Counted from the first letter of the stretch, positions 28,554 through 39,056 are shown. The stretch: 64,000 bases of DNA from an uncultured Alphaproteobacteria bacterium (GCA_944393205.1 CALXZI010000002.1:500-64499), one strand, 5' to 3'. Numbers and translations are program-made. Notes: generated by a model from the sequence alone, not told the origin.

Positions 28554-29171
28554 ATGGCCGATTTTTCGTTTGAACTTCTAAAACGCCGTATACCGAAACA
28601 ACATTATTGTCGCGATCCTTTCAAAATTGCCAAAGAAGAATTGTTGGGGGCATATTTGTGTTCAAAAATTGACGGTGTGTTGACTGCCGGCAAAATCACC
28701 GAATTGGAGGTGTATATAGGCAGTTGCGACAAGGCTTGCCACGCTTATCCGAACAAACTGACAAAACGTACGGCGACAATGTTTCGGCAAGGCGGCTGTG
28801 CTTATGTCTTTTTCGTTTACGGCATGTACAATCAATTTAATGTAGTGGTTGGTCCTGAAGGTCAAGCTGATGCGGTTTTAATTCGGGCGTTGGAACCGGT
28901 GGTCGGAATTAAAGAAATGCAAAAACGCCGACAAACCGAAGTGTTGGAAAATTTAACCACGGGACCGGGAAAATTGTGTCAAGCATTGGGCATTACCGCC
29001 AAAGCCCATGACGGTGTTGATTTAAGCGGTAATTTGCTTTGGCTTTCACCAAATATCCAAAAATATGAGTTTAATGCCGTGCCGCGGGTAGGGATTGATT
29101 ATGCACAAGAGTATAAAGATAAACCATGGCGTTTTTATATTAAAAATAATTCGTTCATCAGCCGTCGCTAA
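28554..29171 (+). CDS. mpg: DNA-3-methyladenine glycosylase (Mpg/AAG family)
   Basis: Start at ATG 28554 (TAAGG upstream). Motifs GKITELEVYIGSCDKACHAY, VYGMYNQFNVV, AVLIRALEP, GPGKLCQALGI. Confidence 0.8.
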   Translation: MADFSFELLKRRIPKQHYCRDPFKIAKEELLGAYLCSKIDGVLTAGKITELEVYIGSCDKACHAYPNKLTKRTATMFRQGGCAYVFFVYGMYNQFNVVVGPEGQADAVLIRALEPVVGIKEMQKRRQTEVLENLTTGPGKLCQALGITAKAHDGVDLSGNLLWLSPNIQKYEFNAVPRVGIDYAQEYKDKPWRFYIKNNSFISRR

Positions 29172-29274
29172 ATTTACATTTTTTAAATGGTTTGCTTGTT
29201 ATAAACATAATAATGTTTGACAAATAAAAAAAAATTATAGTATTTTAACAATAAAGAAAACGAGGAGAATACGG

Positions 29275-29793
29275 ATGCTCGGAAGATATCAATATACGGC
29301 AAGCACATTGACCCCCGGGGAAGAAATTGAATTGGTCGGCAGATTGCATTATTTTGCTTTAATTATTCCTTGTTGTTTGACCTGTTTGTCGTTTTTTGCC
29401 GTATTTGCAGCGTTGAGCTACACTTCAACACTGATGCGTTACCGTCAACCGTTGTATTACTTTGTTGTTTGGCTTCCGGTAATAGCCTTGTTGATATTTA
29501 CGATGGCCGCATGGCTGAAACGCAATTTAATTGAGATGGTCTGCACCAACAAACGCGTAGTTAAGAGAACGGGGATTATTAATGTGACCACCGAAGAACT
29601 GCACCGCGAAAGAATTGAATCGGTTGAAATCCGCCAAAGCATATTGGGACGTATTTTTAACTACGGCGATATATTGTTTTCCGGTACCGGAACGTCCAAA
29701 GTTGTTTTTCATTTTATCAATCAGCCGCGGTTGATGAAACAAATTATTGATGCGGTAATCAATCGCCCGTTGTCGTTGCGTCCGACAACTTAA
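29275..29793 (+). CDS. bacterial PH-domain (bPH_2, YdbS/YdbT-like) membrane protein
   Basis: Two TM helices followed by the bPH fold signature (KRVVKRTGIINVTTEELHRERIESVEIRQSILGRIFNYGDILF). Confidence 0.65.
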   Translation: MLGRYQYTASTLTPGEEIELVGRLHYFALIIPCCLTCLSFFAVFAALSYTSTLMRYRQPLYYFVVWLPVIALLIFTMAAWLKRNLIEMVCTNKRVVKRTGIINVTTEELHRERIESVEIRQSILGRIFNYGDILFSGTGTSKVVFHFINQPRLMKQIIDAVINRPLSLRPTT

Positions 29794-30394
29794 ACAATAT
29801 TTCTTTTAAATTGGCAAAAGATTTTTCAGCGGCCGTTTCCCAGAAGCGGTCGTATTGTTTTTGGTGATGTTCAACATCGGGCGTGTCGCTGATAAGACGC
29901 AAAATCAGACATGGCGTTTGGTAAATATAACAAGTCTGCGCCACGGCGGCGGATTCCATATCAACGGCTAAAGCATCAGGAAAGTGTTTGAGGATATCGG
30001 CCTGATCTTCAGGCGAGGAAATAAATTTATCACCGCTGACAATCAAACCTTTTTTGATATTTTTCTCAAGAAAAGGTTCAAATTTTGCATCGCTTGCATA
30101 AAAAAGCGGAAACCCTTGAACTTGACCGTATAAGTTTGGTTTGCCGCACCAAACGTCATGATAAGCCAGGGTTTTGCCACAAACGACATCACCGATTTCA
30201 AGCGAAGACTGCAAACCGCCGGCGACACCGGAGTTGATAATCAAATCCGGATGATGGTTATGGATTATTTCGGCGGTTTTTAAGGCGGCGGCAACCTTGC
30301 CGATACCTGATGCTGCAATGATGACATCATTGCCGGAAAATTGTTTCAACAGCGCGATTTCTTTATCCATGGCAGCGACAACGGCAATTTTCAT
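29759..30394 (-). CDS. mtnN: 5'-methylthioadenosine/S-adenosylhomocysteine nucleosidase
   Basis: MKIAVVAAMDKEIALL...IINSGVAGGL is a Pfs/MtnN signature. The 3' end overlaps the convergent bPH gene by 35 nt. Confidence 0.85.
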   Translation of the reverse strand: MKIAVVAAMDKEIALLKQFSGNDVIIAASGIGKVAAALKTAEIIHNHHPDLIINSGVAGGLQSSLEIGDVVCGKTLAYHDVWCGKPNLYGQVQGFPLFYASDAKFEPFLEKNIKKGLIVSGDKFISSPEDQADILKHFPDALAVDMESAAVAQTCYIYQTPCLILRLISDTPDVEHHQKQYDRFWETAAEKSFANLKEILFKLSDATTTGD

Positions 30395-30535
30395 GAGTAT
30401 ATCTCCTTAAAACTTTATCACATTTATGAAGATTTGCTTGACAGATGTCAAGAACAATGATACGCCAAAAAAGAAAATGTGTGGATTTAACCGACTTGTC
30501 CGGCACTATAAACGGACTAAAAAGGAGATTTTACA

Positions 30536-31549
30536 ATGCAAAAAACAGCAGAATTCGTATCTTTAGGGCACCCCGACAAAACCGCTGATTATATTTCAAG
30601 TTACATTTTGGACCGCATGATGGAACAAGACAAGAATGTCCGTTATGCGGTGGAAGTGATGATTAAAGGCAATACCGTTGTGTTGGGTGGCGAGGTGTGC
30701 GGCCAAGTAAGTTTTGATAAAATAGAAGAATATGTTAGAAACGCTTTGTGTGAAATCGGCTATACGCCGCAATATGCAAAATTGTGGGGCGACAATGCTG
30801 TCAATGTTGAAAAATTAAGGCTCGTTAATCTCATCGGTCGTCAATCTGCTGAAATTTTTTGCGGCGTAAAAAGCGGCGGTTGGGGCGATCAGGGCGTTTT
30901 TGCCGGTTATGCCTGCAAAGGCAAGGGAAATATTCCGCCCGAATTGTATCTGGCGCGAAAATTAAACCGTGCTTTGTATAATAGGGCACAGCAAAGCGAC
31001 AATTTGGGGCTGGACATCAAAACCCAAATCACGTTGGATGATAACAATCATGTTCAAACCGCCATAGTTGCCGTTCCGATGAAAAATAAAGAGGATTTGT
31101 CCGGATGGGTTGCCGATGTGCTTAATCAAGAACCGCAACGACTGATTGTCAACGGCACCGGTTTGTACACCTGTCATTCTTCCATTGCCGATTGCGGCAT
31201 TACCGGCCGCAAACTGGCGTGCGATTTTTATTCGCTGGCATGTCCGGTCGGCGGCGGGTCGCCATGGGGTAAAGACGCCGGTAAAGCCGACGTGTCTTTA
31301 AATATTTTGGCGCGGCGGTTGGCAGTCAAATATTTAGAGGATAATGACGAAGCTTTTGTGTTTCTTTCGTCTTGCATCGGGCTTTCCGATTTACCGAGTG
31401 CCGTACTGCAAACCGTTAAAGGAGGCAAGACAAAGCGGCAAAATATACAAGAGGATTTCAGCCCTGCGGCGGTCATTTCGGCTTTAGGCTTGGATAGACC
31501 TGTTTTTGCCGCGCTCTGCCGCAACGGCATCACCGCTCAAAACACTTGA
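30536..31549 (+). CDS. metK: S-adenosylmethionine synthetase-like protein, divergent and short (337 aa)
   Basis: MetK motifs GHPDK, GDQGVFAGYA, DIKTQITLDD, ADCGITGRK, GGGSPWGKD are present. It is about 50 aa shorter than canonical MetK and divergent elsewhere. Confidence 0.65.
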   Translation: MQKTAEFVSLGHPDKTADYISSYILDRMMEQDKNVRYAVEVMIKGNTVVLGGEVCGQVSFDKIEEYVRNALCEIGYTPQYAKLWGDNAVNVEKLRLVNLIGRQSAEIFCGVKSGGWGDQGVFAGYACKGKGNIPPELYLARKLNRALYNRAQQSDNLGLDIKTQITLDDNNHVQTAIVAVPMKNKEDLSGWVADVLNQEPQRLIVNGTGLYTCHSSIADCGITGRKLACDFYSLACPVGGGSPWGKDAGKADVSLNILARRLAVKYLEDNDEAFVFLSSCIGLSDLPSAVLQTVKGGKTKRQNIQEDFSPAAVISALGLDRPVFAALCRNGITAQNT

Positions 31550-31606
31550 CAATCAAGACCGGAAACAATAGTTTTGAGAAAATATTTCAAAAAACGGAAT
31601 AATTAA

Positions 31607-33868
31607 ATGAAACATGAGCTTTTAGCACCGGCCGGTGATGCGGAAGCTGGTTATGCAGCGTTGTATTACGGCGCCGATGCCGTATATTTAGGACTACAAA
31701 AGTTTTCCGCACGGGCGACGGCAACCAATTTTGACGAGCCGACGTTAGACGCGTTTACGGCTTATGCCCATCATTTAAAACGCAAGGTCTATGTGGCGTT
31801 AAATACGGTCTTACAAGAAGATGAGCTTACGGAATTGATTGAGGCGCTTGACATATGTTCGCGCTGCAACGTTGACGCGTTGATAATTCAGGATTTGGGT
31901 GTGGCGCGCGTCGTGCGCGAAAGTTATCCCGAACTGGAGATGCATGCCAGTACGCAAATGGCGGTACACAATCGGGAAGGGGCTTTGTACTTAAAAAAAC
32001 TCGGCTTTTCGCGTGTGGTGCTGGCTCGTGAACTGACTTTGGATGAAATTAAAGACATTGCCGCAATTCCGGACTTGGAAACCGAGGCTTTTATTCATGG
32101 TGCCTTGTGCTATTCATACAGCGGCTTGTGTCAGTTTTCTTCATTGGAAACAGGCCGCAGCGCCAACCGCGGCAAATGTCTTTATCCGTGCCGAGCCTGT
32201 TTTACCGGAGATTTGGGCAACAAACACATCTTTTCCATGAAAGATATGGCATTGCGGGAGGATATCTTAAAAATGCCGGTGACATCCTTAAAAATTGAAG
32301 GACGCAAAAAATCAGCGCTGTATGTGGCCGCCGTTACCGATTATTATCGCCGGATTTTAGACAGCAAAGGCGCCGATGCCCATCGTGAAGAAAACATTAA
32401 ACAGATTTTTTCACGTCCGTGGTGCAAGTTTCATTTCAATGGCAGAAACAAAGATATTATTGATTCAGGCTTTGTCGGTCACCGCGGGTTGCCGATCGGG
32501 CAGATAAAGAAAATAGGCAGAAATGACGTTGGTTTTCAAACGATGCATAAAATTTCACGACATGACGGTTTGCAAATAGACGTCCCCGGACTAGAAAAAC
32601 CGTTTGGATTTTCGGTACAGAAAATAACCGTCAACAAGAAAAGCGTCATTTCAGCAGACAAGGGGAGTTATGTTGAAGTAGAACTTCCGAAAAAATATCC
32701 GCAGCTAAAGACGGGATTAAATGTTTATCTGGCTTCTTCAAGTGCAGTGAAAGGGGCTTATGATTATACCAAGCCCAAACCGGATGCGTTTCGTAATTTA
32801 AGTGATGTTGATATCAGGGTTGAGATTACGGAAAACAGGATAACGGCTGAATGCGGCAAATATTTAGCAACGGCGGAAGGAAATTTTCGTCCCGCTGATG
32901 ATGCAAAAAAGACCGAAGAGGCTGTCCGCCTTTCATTTGCCAAAACCGGCGGAACGCCGCTGCGTTTAAATTCGCTTGTCATAAACAATAAAGACAATCT
33001 GTTTGCACCCGTTTCGGTTGTTAATCAACTGCGCCGCGAACTGTATGAAAAAATCAAGCCGCAACATAAACAAGGGGTGTTGCCGCCGTTGCCTTCGGCG
33101 CGGAAAGTTAATGCACCGCAATGGATTGTCAAAACCGATGATTTAACTTCCTTATCAGAGCTTGATTTAGCAAAATTTGCTGAAGTGGTTTACCAGATTT
33201 CGCCGCAATCATCGCCCGAAGAACTGCAAAGTTTTCCGTTGCAAAAAATCAGACTGGCGTTACCGAGTGTTTGTCGCAAGCCGGAAATTTATCAAAAGGC
33301 AATAGAAGCTTTTAGAAAAGCCGGCTATCACAAATGGGAAGTTGCCAATTGGTGGGGGTTAAATGTTCTGTCCGGAGAAACCGACATCAGTTTTGATACG
33401 CCATTATATATGTTTAATACCCAAGGTATGGCTTACGCTGCGGAAACAGGGGCAAAACGTGTGTCTTTCGCATTGGAAGACACATTGGAAAACATAAAGG
33501 AATTAACCGCGAAGGCGTCGCTGGCAACCACGTTTGTCGTTTACCAAAATGCACCTCTGTTCATCAGCGCCGGCTGTGTGCGCGATAATGATTGCAAACA
33601 TTGTACCGGCGGCGAAAAACGCTACAGCCTGCAGCAAAACGGCCGACAATATGAGGCAGTTTCTAAAAATTGCCAAGTCATGGTTTTTGATAAAAATCCG
33701 TTATGCTTTGCCAAGGAGGCGTCTGCGGTTGAAACGGATTTTTACCGCATGGATTTTATTTACCGCAAATACCAACCGTCAGAGGTTAAAAAAATCGCCG
33801 ATAAACTGATGCACTTTGAAGATGTGGGTAATGTCAACAAAGGAAATATAAATAACCGTAAAATCTGA
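31607..33868 (+). CDS. peptidase U32 family protein (large form, 753 aa)
   Basis: N-terminal U32 core (ELLAPAGD...YLGLQKFSAR...EAFIHGALCYSYSGLCQFSS). Confidence 0.8.
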   Translation: MKHELLAPAGDAEAGYAALYYGADAVYLGLQKFSARATATNFDEPTLDAFTAYAHHLKRKVYVALNTVLQEDELTELIEALDICSRCNVDALIIQDLGVARVVRESYPELEMHASTQMAVHNREGALYLKKLGFSRVVLARELTLDEIKDIAAIPDLETEAFIHGALCYSYSGLCQFSSLETGRSANRGKCLYPCRACFTGDLGNKHIFSMKDMALREDILKMPVTSLKIEGRKKSALYVAAVTDYYRRILDSKGADAHREENIKQIFSRPWCKFHFNGRNKDIIDSGFVGHRGLPIGQIKKIGRNDVGFQTMHKISRHDGLQIDVPGLEKPFGFSVQKITVNKKSVISADKGSYVEVELPKKYPQLKTGLNVYLASSSAVKGAYDYTKPKPDAFRNLSDVDIRVEITENRITAECGKYLATAEGNFRPADDAKKTEEAVRLSFAKTGGTPLRLNSLVINNKDNLFAPVSVVNQLRRELYEKIKPQHKQGVLPPLPSARKVNAPQWIVKTDDLTSLSELDLAKFAEVVYQISPQSSPEELQSFPLQKIRLALPSVCRKPEIYQKAIEAFRKAGYHKWEVANWWGLNVLSGETDISFDTPLYMFNTQGMAYAAETGAKRVSFALEDTLENIKELTAKASLATTFVVYQNAPLFISAGCVRDNDCKHCTGGEKRYSLQQNGRQYEAVSKNCQVMVFDKNPLCFAKEASAVETDFYRMDFIYRKYQPSEVKKIADKLMHFEDVGNVNKGNINNRKI

Positions 33869-33937
33869 TAAATTGTTCTTGATATAATAAAATAAAAGAT
33901 TAATATTTAGCCAAACAATCATAAACGGAAAAAACAA

Positions 33938-34678
33938 ATGTTGGAAGAAAAAAAGACAGATAGTTTCAAAGATACAATCAAAACAATCATTTATGCGGTT
34001 TTAATTGCGGTTGTCATACGTAGTTTTTTGTTTGAGCCGTTTCGTATACCGTCCGGTTCCATGTATCCCACGTTGGAAGTCGGGGATTATCTGTTTGTTT
34101 CCAAATACACTTATGGTTATTCGCGCTATTCTTTTCCGGCCGGGATAATTCCGTTTAAGGGACGGATATGGGAATCTCTGCCCGAACGCGGCGATATTGT
34201 CGTTTTTAAATTCCCGCAAGATAATAAGACCGACTTTATCAAAAGAGTGATCGGTTTACCCGGCGATACAGTACAAATTCGCCGCGGTCGTCTTTATATC
34301 AACAATAAAATGGTGGAACGCAAAAAAATCGGTGAATATAAAATCAGTGAATTTGTCATTCGCCCGGAATTATATACGGAATATGAAGAGACATTGCCCA
34401 ACGGGGTAAAACACCGTATTTTGGAAGTGTCCGACCATGAGCCGCAGGTTGATAACACTACCAAAGTTACCGTGCCCGAAGGTCATGTTTTTGTGATGGG
34501 TGACAACCGCGACCGCTCGGACGACAGCCGTGTCAGCGTCGGTTTTGTACCGGTAGAAAATTTAATTGGCAAAGCACGCTTTTTATTCTTTTCGCATAAC
34601 GACAAAGGTGCATGGTATAAACCTTGGACATGGCCGAAGATTATTCGTTGGTCAAAGATTTTTGACACGCTGCATTGA
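33938..34678 (+). CDS. lepB: signal peptidase I
   Basis: TM anchor, catalytic Ser (IPSGSMYPTL), Lys box (KRVIGLPGD) and GDNRDRSDDSR motif. Confidence 0.9.
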   Translation: MLEEKKTDSFKDTIKTIIYAVLIAVVIRSFLFEPFRIPSGSMYPTLEVGDYLFVSKYTYGYSRYSFPAGIIPFKGRIWESLPERGDIVVFKFPQDNKTDFIKRVIGLPGDTVQIRRGRLYINNKMVERKKIGEYKISEFVIRPELYTEYEETLPNGVKHRILEVSDHEPQVDNTTKVTVPEGHVFVMGDNRDRSDDSRVSVGFVPVENLIGKARFLFFSHNDKGAWYKPWTWPKIIRWSKIFDTLH

Positions 34679-35349
34679 AATCGGATAAAAACATGGAAGA
34701 TTTGGAAAAGACATTAGGTTATCACTTTAAGGATAAAAACCTTTTAAGACAGGCGCTGACACACAGCAGTTGCAGTTCCGATGTTTCCAAAAATTACGAA
34801 CGGCTTGAATTTTTAGGTGACCGTGTTTTGGGTGTGGCTATGGCGCATTTGTTGTACAATCTGTTTCCCGATGATCCGGAGGGCAATTTGTCGCCGCGCC
34901 ACACGCGTTTGGTGCGCAAAGAAACGGTGGCAGCCGTTGCCCGCGAGTTGGGGCTTAATCATTACATCCGTGCCGAAAACAAAAATCTGCGTGACAATGA
35001 AAATGTTTTGTGTGATGTGGCCGAGGCGGTTATCGGCGCCATTTGCATTGAATCCGGTTTTGCAACGGCCATAGATTTTGTTGACCGCCATTGGCGCCAT
35101 CTGATCAATCAGAATGCCGCGCCGCAGATAGATAACAAAACAACCCTGCAGGAAATGGCGCACCGTTTGAAATACGGCAATCCGGTCTATCAACTGGTGC
35201 GTAAAGAAGGTTCGGAACACGAACCGCTGTTTTATATGGAAGTTGAAGTCGGTGAAGATAAAAAAGCCATCGGTTGCGGCAAAAATAAAAAAGCAGCCGA
35301 GCAAGACGCCGCGGCTAAACTGATTGAAGAGTTAAACAACAATGGATAA
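34675..35349 (+). CDS. rnc: ribonuclease III
   Basis: RNase III signature ERLEFLGDRVLG and C-terminal dsRBD. Overlaps lepB by 4 bp. Conserved lepB-rnc-era order. Confidence 0.92.
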   Translation: MKSDKNMEDLEKTLGYHFKDKNLLRQALTHSSCSSDVSKNYERLEFLGDRVLGVAMAHLLYNLFPDDPEGNLSPRHTRLVRKETVAAVARELGLNHYIRAENKNLRDNENVLCDVAEAVIGAICIESGFATAIDFVDRHWRHLINQNAAPQIDNKTTLQEMAHRLKYGNPVYQLVRKEGSEHEPLFYMEVEVGEDKKAIGCGKNKKAAEQDAAAKLIEELNNNG

Positions 35350-36277
35350 GATGGCAGATAAATCATCAGAACAATCCGTGGGCAATATCACACGTGCCGG
35401 CTTTGTCAGCTTGATTGGTGCGCCGAATGCCGGAAAATCCACCATCACCAACAATTTTGCCGGTTCAAAAGTTTCCATCGTTTCACCCAAAGCGCAAACC
35501 ACCCGCACGATTGTGAAAGGGATAGGTATATATAATAAAACGCAGATTATCTTTTTAGACACCCCAGGCATATTCAAACCCAAACGCCGCTTGGATCGTG
35601 CCATGGTCGCTTCGGCTTGGGGCGGCTTAAAAGACGCCGATATTGTTGTTTTGGTGGTGGATGCCAAACGCGGTTTTGATGATGAAACCAAAGCGATTGT
35701 GGAAAAACTCAATCAAGATAAAATTGAGGCGGTTTTAGTCTTAAACAAGGTGGATTTAATCCGCAAGGAGAATTTGTTATCATTAAGTGCGGCCTTAAAT
35801 CAAACGGGGAAATTCAAAGAAACTTTCATGATTTCGGCTTTAACCGGCGAGAATATTGATGATTTTTACCGCTATTTGGCCGACAACCTGCCGGAAAGCC
35901 CGTGGTATTATCCCGAAGACCAAATGTCGGACATGCCGCTGAAACTTTTGGCCGCTGAAGTTGTGCGTGAAAAATTGTTTTTATACCTGCGTCAGGAACT
36001 GCCGTATTCTTTGACGGTTGAACCGGAACTCTGGCTGCGTCGCGACGATGGATCGGTGCGGGCGGAAATGACGATTTATGTTGAACGCGATAATCAAAAA
36101 ATCATTGTTTTGGGGAAAGGCGGTAGCATGATAAAAAAAATCGGGCAGGCCGCGCGCCGAGAGTTGGAAGAAATGTTGGAAGACCGGATACACCTGTTTT
36201 TATTTGTCAAAGTTCGTGAAAACTGGATTAACGATCCGGCGCGTTACAACCCGTGGGGGCTCAATTTCAACAGCTGA
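35342..36277 (+). CDS. era: GTPase Era
   Basis: G1 GAPNAGKST, G3 DTPG, G4 NKVD, C-terminal KH domain. An alternative start at 35351 is possible. Confidence 0.9.
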   Translation: MDKMADKSSEQSVGNITRAGFVSLIGAPNAGKSTITNNFAGSKVSIVSPKAQTTRTIVKGIGIYNKTQIIFLDTPGIFKPKRRLDRAMVASAWGGLKDADIVVLVVDAKRGFDDETKAIVEKLNQDKIEAVLVLNKVDLIRKENLLSLSAALNQTGKFKETFMISALTGENIDDFYRYLADNLPESPWYYPEDQMSDMPLKLLAAEVVREKLFLYLRQELPYSLTVEPELWLRRDDGSVRAEMTIYVERDNQKIIVLGKGGSMIKKIGQAARRELEEMLEDRIHLFLFVKVRENWINDPARYNPWGLNFNS

Positions 36278-36296
36278 ACAGCGGCTTGATGCATAA

Positions 36297-38975
36297 CTAC
36301 AAAGCAGCGTTTTCAATAGTTTGTTCCAACATACTGTCAATTAAAAATGATGAAAAAACCAAACCATCTTCAAAATGATAACTATACAGCACATAAAAAG
36401 GTACGCTGGAACGATGGTAACGGCGAAGCATTTTTGCAGCTTCCAAAGAGTTACCGCGGATGGAAAGAGGGATGTATTCAAAGTTATACGCTTTGGCCCA
36501 ACGCTTAATATGATGTTGGTTAAGCACCGTTATATTGTTAAAATGACTTAAAGGACTCCAATCGGCAGTTATCCCGATCAGCACAACTTTTCCTTCTAAA
36601 ATTTTATTTTTTATAACCGTTTCCGATATGTCATGCGTTTCCGGATATTCAGTGGTATAAGAGGTGTTTTTGCCGATTATCCAAACCATCCCAATTGCCA
36701 GCGAGATAAAAACAATGGCTGCGATTTTTGCTGTTATTGCTTTTTTCCGAACCGATAATTTGAGCTGTGATAAAGCCAGTAAAAATGAAAAAGCATAATT
36801 AAAGACAAATCCGGCTAAAGCAACTAAAATCAACACTTTTAAAAAGTTTATAAAAGAAATCTGCAAAAAGAAGATTAATAAAAGCCATAAAATGATACCC
36901 AATACGGCAAATATGCCGATAATTTGTAAAAGCCGACGTATCTTTTCTGAAACGTTTTTTTCCAAATGTAGCTTATATTTTGGCTGCAAGAGTAAAAACA
37001 GAGCGGACATACCGGCTGCGCAAACATTAAAAAACATAAAAACAAATTTTTCCGGCATCGTTAACAAAGCTGTAAAACAATCTCTCAAAAACGGCGTAAA
37101 AGAATACGGCAACAGAACGGTTAATAAAATTCCGCCAATAAAACCCTTAAGTTTAAGATTGGTTTTAAACATAACCGGAAGATATTTCAGAGAAAACAGC
37201 AATCCAATAAACAAAAGTATTACCGCGGAAAGATAATAAAAATTATTATATTGCAATCCCCAAATCAAAAAATCATAACGTTCGCGCGCCCAAATCAAAA
37301 CCGCGGCAATGCTATTACATCCGGCAAATACACCGACAATCATGGTTCTGAAATAAAGGGCCGTATTCTTTATACGATTGGTCGCCGATAACGGAAACAT
37401 CCAAAAAGGGAATGCTATCGGCATCAAGTTAAATAAAAGACCAATTAAAAATCCATACAAAACCACTTTAAAGTCGGATATTTCAACTTGTTCGGTACCG
37501 GGCTTAAAATCGGTTAATATTATTTTCTGACGTAGACTGGTATAAGCATTAAGCCGGACAGTCATTTCAAATTTGCGACCATACAAATCATTTTGATGGT
37601 TTTCAGGCACAACGGTAACATAAATTTTTGACCCTTGCACGGAAATTTTCGGTGCTTCAAAAAGCGTATGTTGTCCATCATCCAAAAATAAAGAAAAATT
37701 GTCAATCGTGCCGGAATATTCAAAAACAAAACGAATTTTATCCAATTTCTTTCCGTCTTCAGCCCGTGTTGTATTGATACTTTTCAGTTGTATTCTGTCA
37801 TTATTTTCCGGCGGCAGATTATAATAATTTTGTTTAACAAAATTCATCACGCTGGAAGAAGCATTTTCTTGAGCTTTATCAATCGTAAGTTCGGGAAGAA
37901 ATTCCATTTGTTGACAATTTAATTCATAATCGCAGCTTTGGAATGTAACTTTTGCCTTTAACTTAATACCCTGATGCGCGTTCTCTGTCCGTAAAATTAT
38001 CGGAAAAGCAGGATCGCCGGCATAAGCGCCGATCATGGATGCATCAGCCACTTTAACAGGAATGGGGTAAAAAACATCATATGATTCAATGTTTTCACGT
38101 TCATATAATTCAATTTTAGGCTTTAACAATCTATCTGACAAATCATTAGCCAAAATAAAACGATGATTTGGAATCTTAACATGCACAGCCGCCAACAAGT
38201 TTGATTTGTCGGCGATTTCCGCCGTATCAGAAATCAACCGAACCGCAAAGCCGTCTTTACTCTGCCATTCACCGACGCCGGCATTGCCGACAAACGGATT
38301 AGGCAAAGAATAACCATAAAAAGGAATTTTAGAAAATTCCAACTTTCCGACCATGGAACGAAATTTATCAAAGGCGGTTTTTTTCTTTTTATTATCCAAT
38401 TTTCGCTGCCGATAAGCTTCCATGGCTTTAATATCACGAGGATTGCTTCCGTAACTTAAAACTTTTTTAAAATCATAAATGACAGCAAATTGCCCTTCTG
38501 GCGCTTCAACATAGTCGTGTTGTCCAGGCAAATCATAATCTTCTTCATTAACAATCAAAGGCGGCTCTTTAGGCGCCAAAAGTTCTTCTTTAATTTCTGT
38601 GAATTTTTTACTGCCGGCACGATAAGCGTTAACGGCTTGTCGGACAAATTTTGTTCGTTCATAAATTTCTTGCTGAGTCAATTCAGGAAAAATTGCGGCG
38701 ATATCTGTGCTGAAATCGGCTTCAATTAGTTTTCCGGGATATTTTTCATCAAAATATTTTCCGATAATAAGCATCCGTCCGATAGGACTGTTTTCACCAT
38801 CTTGTAAAAGTTCACGAAGACGAGCCGCATCCGGTAAATTTGTTTTTCCGCTCACGGCAGGTTGTTCGTACGCAGGTTCTTCATTAAAATCATAAACAAC
38901 TTCAGCGGCAAGCGACGCTGAAATATTGAAACAAAAAAACAAAAACACTATATATTTTAAAAACATGGCGCGCAA
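36297..38975 (-). CDS. DsbD-family-like membrane protein (892 aa) with redox-dead C-terminal thioredoxin-like domain
   Basis: Signal peptide. Periplasmic N-domain with a TFQSCDYELNC motif resembling the DsbD-alpha CxxxxxC region. About 8 TM helices. C-terminal thioredoxin-fold stretch VVLIGITADWSPLSHFNN aligns to the DsbD-gamma ADWCVACK region with SPLS in place of CxxC. Comparison made from memory. Confidence 0.5.
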   Translation of the reverse strand: MRAMFLKYIVFLFFCFNISASLAAEVVYDFNEEPAYEQPAVSGKTNLPDAARLRELLQDGENSPIGRMLIIGKYFDEKYPGKLIEADFSTDIAAIFPELTQQEIYERTKFVRQAVNAYRAGSKKFTEIKEELLAPKEPPLIVNEEDYDLPGQHDYVEAPEGQFAVIYDFKKVLSYGSNPRDIKAMEAYRQRKLDNKKKKTAFDKFRSMVGKLEFSKIPFYGYSLPNPFVGNAGVGEWQSKDGFAVRLISDTAEIADKSNLLAAVHVKIPNHRFILANDLSDRLLKPKIELYERENIESYDVFYPIPVKVADASMIGAYAGDPAFPIILRTENAHQGIKLKAKVTFQSCDYELNCQQMEFLPELTIDKAQENASSSVMNFVKQNYYNLPPENNDRIQLKSINTTRAEDGKKLDKIRFVFEYSGTIDNFSLFLDDGQHTLFEAPKISVQGSKIYVTVVPENHQNDLYGRKFEMTVRLNAYTSLRQKIILTDFKPGTEQVEISDFKVVLYGFLIGLLFNLMPIAFPFWMFPLSATNRIKNTALYFRTMIVGVFAGCNSIAAVLIWARERYDFLIWGLQYNNFYYLSAVILLFIGLLFSLKYLPVMFKTNLKLKGFIGGILLTVLLPYSFTPFLRDCFTALLTMPEKFVFMFFNVCAAGMSALFLLLQPKYKLHLEKNVSEKIRRLLQIIGIFAVLGIILWLLLIFFLQISFINFLKVLILVALAGFVFNYAFSFLLALSQLKLSVRKKAITAKIAAIVFISLAIGMVWIIGKNTSYTTEYPETHDISETVIKNKILEGKVVLIGITADWSPLSHFNNITVLNQHHIKRWAKAYNFEYIPLSIRGNSLEAAKMLRRYHRSSVPFYVLYSYHFEDGLVFSSFLIDSMLEQTIENAAL

Positions 38976-39056
38976 AAAAATGTTTCATTTATATTGCGCT
39001 TATGATATAATAAGGATGTTGAAGAAACAAATATAATTTTAGGATATGTACAATAA

